A stretch of 64,000 nt of DNA from Anolis carolinensis. Lineage: Eukaryota. The notes under the pieces are model-generated. The model was not told where the DNA came from. It worked only from the letters and a program-made list of their open reading frames with translations, and ran no database searches. Positions 52,101-59,432 of the stretch are shown here, in pieces. The stretch is taken from the NCBI RefSeq assembly GCF_035594765.1, contig NC_085845.1, positions 60,196,024 to 60,260,023 on the forward strand, in the 5' to 3' direction. Each line of letters starts with the position of its first letter. Positions within the stretch are counted from its first letter, which is position 1. A program made the position numbers and the translations under genes.

Positions 52101-52531
52101 GCTCATTCATACGGGAATCATATCACTTTTCTCTTCCAAAAGGACCTGAGTTCAAATAGAAGTGTGCCTTCTTTGCTCCTTTGTGTTTTGCAGTATTCAG
52201 CTTCTTTTGAATTTTTTTGTGATTGGAGTCAGGATGAATGAGTGCAATTGAGTGCAATTTTCTGAATTAGCGCCCCAAATTACCCCGGGAACAGCCTAAA
52301 AACCAAGACACCAAAGAATTTTCTTTGTTGGACTGTGTAATAGAGTTTGCTGTTAAGATGTAATTATGGGGGGTTTTTGTTTCTTTTTTCCAGAATTTAC
52401 ATAGATTTACTCACATCCCTTCAGGAAAATGTTTGGACCGTTCCGAGGTTCTGCACCAAGTATTTCTTTCAGAGTGTGACTCCAATAAAGCAACACAAAG
52501 CTGGGAAATGAACAATATCCTCAGTGTGTAG
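21656..52531 (+). CDS. GALNT7: Polypeptide N-acetylgalactosaminyltransferase 7, spliced CDS exons 2-12 (exon 1 upstream of window): join 21656-22119, 32452-32618, 35555-35685, 35930-36009, [38278-38460 or 38612-38794], 41414-41531, 43191-43313, 45029-45247, 49860-49958, 51611-51739, 52394-52531
   Basis: All exons have AG/GT boundaries and compatible phases. The joined protein has the GT-A motifs ([21 protein letters not shown] = DxH, WGGEN) and a C-terminal ricin-type lectin domain, and matches recalled vertebrate GALNT7. Adjacent to HMGB2 as in mammals. Confidence 0.97.
23614..23895 (-). mobile_element. Sauria SINE (5'-truncated)
   Basis: 12-bp TSD TAATCCCCTATA at 23602-23613 and 23899-23910. 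Confidence 0.85.
23911..24290 (+). mobile_element. L2/CR1-group LINE 3' fragment
   Basis: [40 protein letters not shown] matches the L2 ORF2 C-terminal pattern. Confidence 0.75.
24295..24614 (+). mobile_element. Sauria SINE
   Basis: tRNA-like head, conserved body, ACCTTTACCTT tail. Confidence 0.85.
25681..26140. mobile_element. GC-rich putative non-autonomous DNA transposon fragment
   Basis: CpG-rich patch in an AT-rich intron ending GGATCCGTGCACAAGTCTA; boundaries uncertain. Confidence 0.35.
26948..26980 (+). promoter_or_regulatory. Candidate CTCF site (core plus upstream motif)
   Basis: GCAGTGCG-N6-TTTGCACAAGGTGGCAGTA resembles the CTCF upstream motif plus the CCASYAGRKGGCRS core with one core mismatch; motif match only. 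Confidence 0.35.
27326..27590 (-). mobile_element. Anolis SINE2-like SINE (diverged)
   Basis: Homology to the 18421 copy. Confidence 0.75.
28618..30034 (-). mobile_element. Tc1/mariner MITE (CCCTGTTTCC family) split by an RTE insertion
   Basis: Reverse complement of 15108-15518; TA TSD. Confidence 0.85.
28691..29712 (-). mobile_element. RTE-clade LINE, 5'-truncated and frameshifted RT fragment
   Basis: [12 protein letters not shown]...LQYADD...FRYLGSHLS...[23 protein letters not shown]; (AGTA)n tail. Confidence 0.9.
32452..32618 (+). CDS. GALNT7: GALNT7 exon 3 (167 nt)
   Basis: ttcag|GTGCAAG...AATAAAG|gtaaat; [55 protein letters not shown]. Confidence 0.97.
33711..34212. repeat. GC-rich insert with six degenerate 42-50-bp hairpin-forming tandem units; possible old MITE
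   Basis: TAGGCCY-N8-RGGCCTACA units at 33791, 33841, 33888, 33930, 33980 and 34030; perfect 11-bp hairpin at 34148-34173. Confidence 0.6.
35555..35685 (+). CDS. GALNT7: GALNT7 exon 4 (131 nt)
   Basis: gatag|CACAC...GGACAG|gtagaa; [43 protein letters not shown]. Confidence 0.96.
35930..36009 (+). CDS. GALNT7: GALNT7 exon 5 (80 nt, DxH Mn-binding motif)
   Basis: taaag|GTTTTA...GACAG|gtaata; [27 protein letters not shown]. Confidence 0.96.
36387..37634. mobile_element. Fold-back mariner-derived element: two inverted copies of a transposase 3' end plus TIR around a GC-rich core
   Basis: Arms of about 210 bp are reverse complements; each encodes a [19 protein letters not shown]-type mariner C-terminus; TA TSD. 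Confidence 0.85.
36446..36787 (-). mobile_element. Tc1/mariner MITE (CAGTAGAGTCTCAC family) nested in the left arm of the fold-back element
   Basis: TIRs and TA TSD. Confidence 0.88.
38278..38460 (+). CDS. GALNT7: GALNT7 exon 6a (alternative, probably mutually exclusive; 183 nt)
   Basis: ttcag|AACT...TATCG|gtaaag; open frame [61 protein letters not shown]; phase 2-2; not in the ORF track. Confidence 0.92.
38612..38794 (+). CDS. GALNT7: GALNT7 exon 6b (alternative, probably mutually exclusive; 183 nt; closest to the recalled canonical human sequence)
   Basis: tgcag|AACC...TATCG|gtaatc; open frame [61 protein letters not shown]; phase 2-2. Confidence 0.93.
38800..39171 (+). promoter_or_regulatory. 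Putative intronic splicing-regulatory cluster downstream of exon 6b (QKI and RBFOX motifs)
   Basis: ACTAAC 38933-38938, TACTAAC 38968-38974, ACTAAA 38801, GCTAAC 38891; TGCATG 38861-38866 and 39166-39171. Confidence 0.55.
39185..39415 (-). mobile_element. Anolis SINE2-like SINE (internal deletion)
   Basis: Homology to the 18421 copy. Confidence 0.8.
39699..40347. mobile_element. hAT non-autonomous DNA transposon
   Basis: TIR CAGGCATGGGCA...TGCCCATGCCTG; 8-bp TSD ATCTAATC/ATCTAACC. Confidence 0.85.
41414..41531 (+). CDS. GALNT7: GALNT7 exon 7 (118 nt, Gal/GalNAc-T motif)
   Basis: cctag|ATCG...TACAAG|gtaaac; [39 protein letters not shown]. Confidence 0.97.
41955..42231 (-). mobile_element. 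Anolis SINE2-like SINE
   Basis: Full-length; B-box-like GGTTCGAATCCC on the minus strand. Confidence 0.85.
42275..42785 (+). mobile_element. Sauria SINE carrying a 178-nt templated insertion (42566-42743)
   Basis: 12-bp TSD CTAAAAAGAAGG at 42263-42274 and 42786-42797; two SINE tails. Confidence 0.85.
43191..43313 (+). CDS. GALNT7: GALNT7 exon 8 (123 nt)
   Basis: tttag|ATTTGG...CTAAAG|gtgaat; [41 protein letters not shown]. Confidence 0.97.
43491..44240. mobile_element. Tigger-like MITE (CAGTGTTCCCT TIR) with a related copy nested in opposite orientation at 43653-43994
   Basis: Four TIRs, each flanked by TA. Confidence 0.8.
44241..44512 (+). repeat. AT-rich low-complexity repeat ending in an L2-type 3' tail
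   Basis: TGTAAGCCGCTCTGAGTCCCCTTCGGGGTGAGAAAGGCGGGATATAAAT(AAAT)n; related tails near 1975, 31865 (-), 50620 and 62320. Confidence 0.6.
45029..45247 (+). CDS. GALNT7: GALNT7 exon 9 (219 nt)
   Basis: aacag|AATTAT...GGAGAG|gtagga; [23 protein letters not shown]...[12 protein letters not shown]. Confidence 0.97.
45440..45690 (+). mobile_element. Sauria SINE lacking its 5' head; likely donor of the insertion at 42566
   Basis: Body and tail homology. Confidence 0.85.
46896..48495. mobile_element. Penelope-like retroelement in inverted configuration (minus arm 46896-47409; plus part 47411-48495)
   Basis: Degenerate RT C-terminus ([13 protein letters not shown]) and GIY-YIG remnants ([18 protein letters not shown]; [15 protein letters not shown]); ~500-bp inverted terminal repeat. 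Confidence 0.9.
48402..48442 (+). ncRNA. Minimal hammerhead ribozyme motif in the Penelope terminal repeat (degenerate)
   Basis: CCT-CTGAGGA-T-GCCTGC...GTGGGA-GAAA-T-GTC-AGG; conserved core, stem I CCT/AGG; the stem II closing pair is mutated. Confidence 0.55.
49860..49958 (+). CDS. GALNT7: GALNT7 exon 10 (99 nt, lectin alpha repeat)
   Basis: ttcag|ATCAGA...AATCAA|gtaagt; [33 protein letters not shown]. Confidence 0.96.
50238..50702 (+). mobile_element. Chimeric SINE: tRNA head, Sauria-type body, L2-like tail ending in (GTT)n
   Basis: Head GGAGCTGCGGTGGTGCAATAGGTTAAACCCTTGTG; body AACCTAGCAATTCGAAAACATGCAAATG; tail TGTAATCTGCTCTTGAGTCCCCTAGGGAAGAAAGGCGG. Confidence 0.65.
51611..51739 (+). 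CDS. GALNT7: GALNT7 exon 11 (129 nt, lectin beta repeat)
   Basis: tttag|CTGTTC...TTCAAG|gtaact; [43 protein letters not shown]. Confidence 0.96.
52394..52531 (+). CDS. GALNT7: GALNT7 exon 12 coding part (lectin gamma repeat, TAG stop)
   Basis: tccag|AATTTA...GTGTAG; [45 protein letters not shown]. Confidence 0.96.
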   Translation, partial: NLHRFTHIPSGKCLDRSEVLHQVFLSECDSNKATQSWEMNNILSV

Positions 52532-52838
52532 ACAAAATAACCTACTGAGAAAATCAATTTGTCTAAGGACTGAAGATAGCCTGAACACTGCTGCAAAACT
52601 TTGTACAGCTGAAGCCTGGAACCTCCTGATCGGGATGAAGGACATAGGTGGACTGTGATAGATTTATCATCTGCAGTTAATGTTTACAAAAACTGCTCTT
52701 ACCTTAAAACTTTAATAGATGTTTACATCTCTTCTTTGTTTGTTTGTTTTAGGATGTTCTTTTATTTAAAAAATTAGTTGATAGTATAATGTGCTTTTGA
52801 CTTTGTTTCTGTTTTATTGAAACAAAGCTAAAAGCTCC

Positions 52839-53058
52839 GGCTTGGATCCAAACCAGTGTGAGGTTGCTTCCACTTGTACAAGAGGGTATTTTCTGCTCCC
52901 GGTTTTGGTGGCAGCCCCGCCGCCCGCCCCCCAAAGCCCCTCCGACGGAGCTTTTGGGCCGACTGTTTCAGTGGAGTAAAGGGCTGGGAATTGGCAACTT
53001 TCCGCCTGTGTGTAAGTGCCTTCCACTTGTGCACAAGCAGGGGGATTGGATCCAAGCC
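52839..53058. mobile_element. GC-rich MITE-like insert in the GALNT7 3' UTR
   Basis: Perfect 13-bp inverted ends GGCTTGGATCCAA / TTGGATCCAAGCC; no clear TSD. Confidence 0.5.
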
Positions 53059-54889
53059 TTTGTTGCTGTTTTTTGGGATTACACTCAGGGGTCTGCAGGC
53101 AGTTCTTTTTTCTTCAATGCTCACACTTGAAAAAAAGGTTAGAGTAACCAGACTTTGCTATATAACATGAACTTATCAACCTGTTGTACGTTGTTTTGAT
53201 TTTTACATCTTACCAAGCACTGCCACAGGTTTTTTAGCCAAGGTGGCCTTCTTTTCAGTCATGCTGCTTTTTTGGAAGGTGAATTTTTCAACGTATTCAG
53301 TGCCTCCTTAATTTTTCCTTCTTAGTTCACTTGAAAAGTGTTTGTCATAATATGAGTCTGTCGAGGTGTCTCCTTTGGATCATAATGATTTAGTAACACC
53401 CTCGTTATGTTAGGAAAAAATTGCCAACATAACTATTGTACTCCTTATTCCATATCAATAAATAACTAAGAGGCACATGTGACACCAGGAATGCTTTGTA
53501 AGGGCCAACATAGCAGTGGGATCTTTAAAAAGAAGGATCTAGTTCGTATACTGGGTAGCACTTAAATCCATGAACCACTTGTGAAATATAGCATTAAAGT
53601 GGCTAAAGTTTGGGAGTTTTTTTTGCATTATCAAACAACCTGAAATTTAGCACTGATACATTCAGTGGAAGTGAGGACTGTATATTATCACTCAACAGCA
53701 AAAAGCTTCCCTGCTGTATCATGCCTTACCAAACCTGGACATGTTGAAGCTCAGTGTCTATATCTGCACAATGCAGAGAGTAAAAGTGATCCAGTTTACT
53801 TTTTATTGAGAAAAATAATTTGGTTGAAAATGAAATAACTTTCAAAACTTAAAAAAATCATTTTACCATCCCTCAGCATTCAATGATTTATTGCCAATTA
53901 GATAGATTTGTGTATAGATTAGAAAGGAGCTGAAGGGTAAAATATTTAAATGTTTATTCTGTGCATAATTGACTTCAGATGCCCTCCTTTCTTCCAGATA
54001 ATTAAGGGGATATTTGAACCTTAGAATTTTTCTTGATACTTTCATTTTTTGTTATCCCAGTTATAGAACTGTGCCATAACATGAAGAGAAAATCAACTTA
54101 TTAAAACTATTCAAAAACTGTAACTAGAAAACTTTTTGTTTAATTTTATGCTATTGGGTACACCGACTCAAGTTGGATTTAAAATAAGCATTAGTTCAAA
54201 ATTAAATTTTAGGTAATCAGAATGAAATTGCAAATGTACCTTAGTTTCAGTGTTGAACTCTTTGATCATTTTATCAGCTTGTAAAACGGGGTAACAGAAG
54301 AATCACATTTTGTTCCATAGAAGACCAGATATCTTGTCTGACACCATCTTTTTTAAGCCTCCTTTCAAAGTTGTGAATAATTCAGAATAGAAGAGGAAAA
54401 ACTGGAAAAAAGGATACTAAAGGTATAGGGCACATTTATTGTTTTTGTGTACAAAACTGATTTACTTTTATGTGTGACAGATATTAATTTAATCACATTA
54501 CTATGCATAGATGAAAGAGATTGCACATAGATTGTGCTGGTGTGTATGCGTGAAGCGGATGTTGCGTGCAATTCCATTAAAATCCAATACTGTGTGTGAA
54601 TATGGATCTGTAATTTTACACTTCAAATCTTACAAGAGAACAGAAGCTGTTACTCCTAATGACTTTTCCTACTGTAACCTGCTTTTGAAAAAGTAGATCC
54701 CATATCCTTGCTTTGTAAGTTGATCACTATGCATTTCTACACATTTTATAAATTTGATTTATGCAGATTTTGATACACTGTATGTTTCTGTAAAGATTGT
54801 AAAAAAAATCCTCAAAGGTTTTACGAGGGATAAATCGGGAATCTTATGTATATCTTAATTCTGGATTGCTTGTTTTTTTAGGTGAGGCA

Positions 54890-54895
54890 AATAAA
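54890..54895 (+). terminator. Candidate distal polyadenylation signal of GALNT7
   Basis: AATAAA preceded by TGTA motifs and U-rich sequence and followed by GU/U-rich sequence; an alternative AATAAA lies at 53457-53462. Confidence 0.55.
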
Positions 54896-55624
54896 TTTTA
54901 AAAAGTGGGTTTATTATATTTTTGCACTGAAAGCTGTGTTTTTCTTGGTAGTGTACATCTTTATACATATACGATTTCTAAAAGGATTCTATTTTACTTT
55001 TTTCATGCCCATGTTAAGTATTGGGAGAGTATTCTGTAGTTCAGATGTAGAGAAAATGCCGGGCGTGGATGATCCTACAGAATACCCCACATCGTTTTTT
55101 TCAATTGGATGGGTGAAAAAGGTCCACACACATATACACCATTGTGTGCTTCTACCTTGCTAACAAATTCCAAGCTACAAAAAATGTTCAATTTCTGATC
55201 TATTAAGGCTTAGAAGAGAAGGCATGATACTGAAGCTAAGCCAGCCTTTGTAAATCCTTGCATGCTGTTACTGGTTAAAAGAAACCAGTAACAAATAAAC
55301 TCCCACATGTTAGTCTTATCAATACAGGACAATTACAGTAGTTTGGCACAACTTCAAACGCTATGAGAAAAGCCTGTAAGATCACTGGAGCTTGTGGTTT
55401 AATAAGGTTTTAATTCACTGAAGAGCTCTAATGTGTATCACACCGAGCTACAAACCCTAGGATTCCATGGGATTGAGAAATGGCTTTTAAAGTTGTATCA
55501 AACGAATCTAATAATGCAGTGTGAATAGTCAGTGCTCATCCACAGCTTGGAGAGAACTGATATTCCAAAGGCATATAAAAGTCTCAACTTTTAGCTTTAG
55601 TATGTTCGGGTACAAGATCAAACT

Positions 55625-55851
55625 TATGTCAAAAGCGAATTGAAGTCGCTTCTGGTGTGAGAGAATTGGCTGTCTTACAGAGATGTTGCCCAGGGGACGC
55701 CTGGATGTGATGCCATCCTGTTAGGAAGCTTCTCTCATGTCCCTGCATGGAAAGCTAGGGCTGACAGATGGGAGCTCACCCCATCTCAGATTCAAACCAG
55801 CAGCCTTTAGGTCAGCAGTTCAACAGTTTAACCAATACGCTACCACGGCCC
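55625..55851 (-). mobile_element. Anolis SINE2-like SINE (diverged)
   Basis: Homology to the 18421 copy. Confidence 0.75.
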
Positions 55852-56039
55852 ATAACATAGAAATAAGTGTTTCTGACACTGCTACCCAAATAGTGCACCA
55901 AGGCTTCCTGTCACAGAAAAAGTTCTTTGAGAGGGTTATTTCCAACGCCATCCTTTTTTAATATATAAAGTCTCAAGATCCTGTTGGAAACAGGATTAGC
56001 CTTGGTTACTGCTTCAAAGGGAGACCCCCCAACGGGAAC

Positions 56040-56335
56040 AAAGGTAAAAGGTAAAGGTTTCCCGACGCTGGGGGGTTGGTGCTCATCTCCATTTCTAAGC
56101 CGAAGAGCCGCTGTTGTCCGTAGACACCTCCAAAGTCATGTGGCCAGCATGACTGCATGGAGCGCCGTTACCTTCCCACCGGAGCGGTACCTATTGATCT
56201 CACATTTGCATGTTTTCAAACGGCTAGGTTGGCAGGAGCTGGGGCTAACATAGGGCGCTCATTCCACTCCCGGGATTTAACCTGGCACCTTTTGGTCCGC
56301 AAGTTCAGCAGCTCAGCACTTTAACACACTGTACT
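56040..56335 (-). mobile_element. Sauria SINE
   Basis: Body homology; AAAGGTAAAAGGTAAAGG tail on +. Confidence 0.85.
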
Positions 56336-58935
56336 AAAACCACCTGAGTATTCCTTGCCTAAGAAAACCCTTGCCTAAAGGCATATATAAACACAAAACA
56401 TGAAAATCCCATCCGCCACAAGTATTTAAGTACAACCTGTCCTGCAATTATTTCCTCTAAAAATTTATATTAACCCATTCCTTCTAAGTGATTGTGGTGA
56501 CAGGCTAATAGGAAGAACATTTAGGACAACTGAATTATTGTGGTTCAATTATCTAATTTTTATTTAAAACTTTTTAGCATATCTCATCCATTTGTTGGCA
56601 TTTAGGATGTGCACTCTTCTGAAATTTAAAGTAGGAAAGTATTGAAAGAGACTTTCAACACAGAATCAGATACACTTCTCCACCTGTTTCCTAAAACTGA
56701 ACCAAGGGAACATTTTATGCAAAAACTGAATTATTCAACAAACCTTTACTAAATGAGGCAACAAAACGATAAAACCATTAATGGCATTGTATACCCCACC
56801 TGAAACAGTAAGAGTGCAAACATGCTATCACACATATTCCTGAGATGAATCACTGTTCAAACAGTGCATTAGATATATCAATTTTCTCTTAGACTTGCCA
56901 GTTTACAAGGAAATTTGTTTTTTGTAGTTATACCTCTTAAAGATGCCATTTTGTGAATAGGCAACTATGCCCCCGCCATTTTGCAACAGTGCAGTTGGAT
57001 TGGACCTTTCATTTGATCGGCTCCATTTGCAGGTTTTACTTTGGAGAATTTATTTGCTGTACTGCCAACAGTTTGCCTTCACTCCTCCACCTTCCTATAA
57101 AAGTTTCATCCAAACTTAAAATTTCATCCTCCCATTGCTTCCTTCCCCTTTCCATCAAAACCTTATCGAGTTCAAATCCCCAAGTTTCCCTGCTCTACTC
57201 TGCTGTCCATTATCTCACAAGCTGCAGCCTGAAATTAAAGCTCACCCTTGGGGATCTACCTTTTTAAGAAGGGCTTTAAATTCAGGCCAATGCCTCCAAG
57301 GAATGACCAGCCAGGCTTTTGATAGGAAAGGAACTTTTATATTTGGGGAGGGTTCTAGTTACTTGGGAGTTATTTTGCTTTCACATTGGTTCTGCATCCC
57401 TTGAATGTAAAGCACCGATTGTATTGTCAATAGTTTTTGAAGTAAATTATTTTTGGTAGCAAAAACACCAGCATCAAGAGATTCACAGGACTGCTGTATC
57501 ATCCAGCAGCTTTTGCCATAATCTACAGCGTTTTCTTTACTCATTCCCCAATTTCCTTGGGATAGTATTAGCTTCTACATAAATGCATTTCTCCCAGTAT
57601 TTAATTGTCATAAAAATCATAAAACCTTTTTCTTTCCTGCCCCATTAAGTTAGAGCAGGATAGCTCTCTACATGGTGGGACTCCCTTATAATAAAGGTAG
57701 TTAACTTGTGAATATTTTGGTCATTCACCTTTAGTTTTGGAAACTCACTACAGATTTCCCGCCTTCATCACTCAATTAGCCCCTAAATTTATTTATTTTT
57801 GGGGGGGGGGGGGGGCACAAGAACAAGTTGAATCCAGTAGGAGACACAGAAATGTGTTGCTATTTCCAACAGGCATTATGTAAGTATGTACAATTCTTGA
57901 AGGAATTATTCCACTTGTTAGTTTGCCCTATACAATCATTTCCTTGAAAACCTGAGTTTTATCTTCAGTTATAACAGATACTGCAGGGACACTACTGTAA
58001 AAGCCATATTAGGATAATTTAAAATACTTGGAAGTTACAAATATGAACCAGGGAAGATCTAAAAAAACCGAGGTCAACAGAGTAGTAATCCCCAAACTAA
58101 ATGGGAATCACTTTTACGTTTGGACCCGAGTATCATCAATGGATAAAAAGTATGCATAGTCGTGGCGCAAACTTACCTCAGATGGCTTTGGCACTTAATA
58201 CTAACACTAAAATGGCAATAAAAACAAAATCGCACACAAACAAGAGCATGGTCAATGTTTAGTCTTTAAAAATAGAAGTAAAAACTCTGCATAACTCCAA
58301 TGGTACTGGTGCTGATCCAGTTATGTCAGGTTTTCTACATGGCAACACTGTGGAGACTAGGGGAAGTGCCCAGGAAGAATCACAAGGTTGCTCAAACAAA
58401 GGCAGCTTACAAAGGACGTACTCAACATTCTTTAAAGCATTTGTAGTATTGAAAGGCTTAATACAGTCAACCACAAAATTGCCTGAGTAAGAAAGTACAC
58501 ACTACCTGGGTAATAATGTGGCTATGCTACATCATGGCCTAACTCTAACATCTAGCTTTCCAAGGCAAACTAAACATCTTCCCATTCACCCCAGCAAAGT
58601 TCAGTGTTGTATTGCAATAAATCAATGACTTTCTAAACAGATGCCACCTCAAGAAAATGTTTCTCCCAGACTTGCACAAGATGCTTCATTAGGAAAGCCC
58701 CAATTCCTTATAAATTGTTATTAAGAAACAAACAGAGATATTGAAGAACACTCAAAATTATGTATATGAAAATTGAAAAAGTAGATTGCAGCAAATCTCT
58801 TAAGATGTGGCAATATAATCTTTCAAATTATTAACAACTTTAACGATGCAGGTTTGGTTTATACTAGAATACTCAACTTGGCTGTTTCAGTCCTGAGTAA
58901 ATTAACTGCAGTGTAACAAGATTAATGTACATCAT

Positions 58936-58941
58936 TTTATT
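58936..58941 (-). terminator. Candidate polyadenylation signal of HMGB2
   Basis: TTTATT on + (AATAAA on -), about 330 nt after the stop, with adjacent TGTA motifs. Confidence 0.6.
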
Positions 58942-59267
58942 ACAAAATTGTTAAAAAAAAGTAATACAATGCAATAGTATGCAAGACAAGGTTGACTATT
59001 TAACTACCAATGCTTTACTTCGCTCCAAATCAAGCAGTCACTGAATTTCCAAAGAACCATTAAATATGCCAGAACATTTGCCAATATCAGCTTTGAAATC
59101 TAACAGTAGTGGCCATTTGCTACTACTTACATTAGAATACAGATCTCCCTACAGATAATCATATTACCTATACACAATTCTGTACAGTTTTTTTTAACTG
59201 AAGCTAACAATGAGCTGCACTCGACTTCACATTCTTAGCAAAATCATGGACTTTTGAGCACAAATCT

Positions 59268-59432
59268 TTACTCTTCATCCTCCTCCTCCTCTTCTTCCTC
59301 CTCCTCCTCGTCCTCTTCCTCCTCATCATCATCATCCTCCTCAGGTTCTGCTTTCTTCTTAGAGCCTGTTGGCCTACCAGGACCCTTCTTCCCTGCATCA
59401 CTCTTATCCTTGGCACGATACGCTGCAATATC
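59268..59432 (-). CDS. HMGB2: HMGB2 last coding exon (acidic tail, TAA stop)
   Basis: tgcag|GATATT...; [54 protein letters not shown]. Confidence 0.96.
   Translation of the reverse strand, partial: DIAAYRAKDKSDAGKKGPGRPTGSKKKAEPEEDDDDEEEEDEEEEEEEEEEDEE

Larger units (their letters stand above)
52532..54915 (+). other. GALNT7: GALNT7 3' UTR (approximate end)
   Basis: TE-poor AU-rich sequence after the stop; AATAAA at 53457 and 54890; miRNA seed matches; end inferred from the distal AATAAA. Confidence 0.6.
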
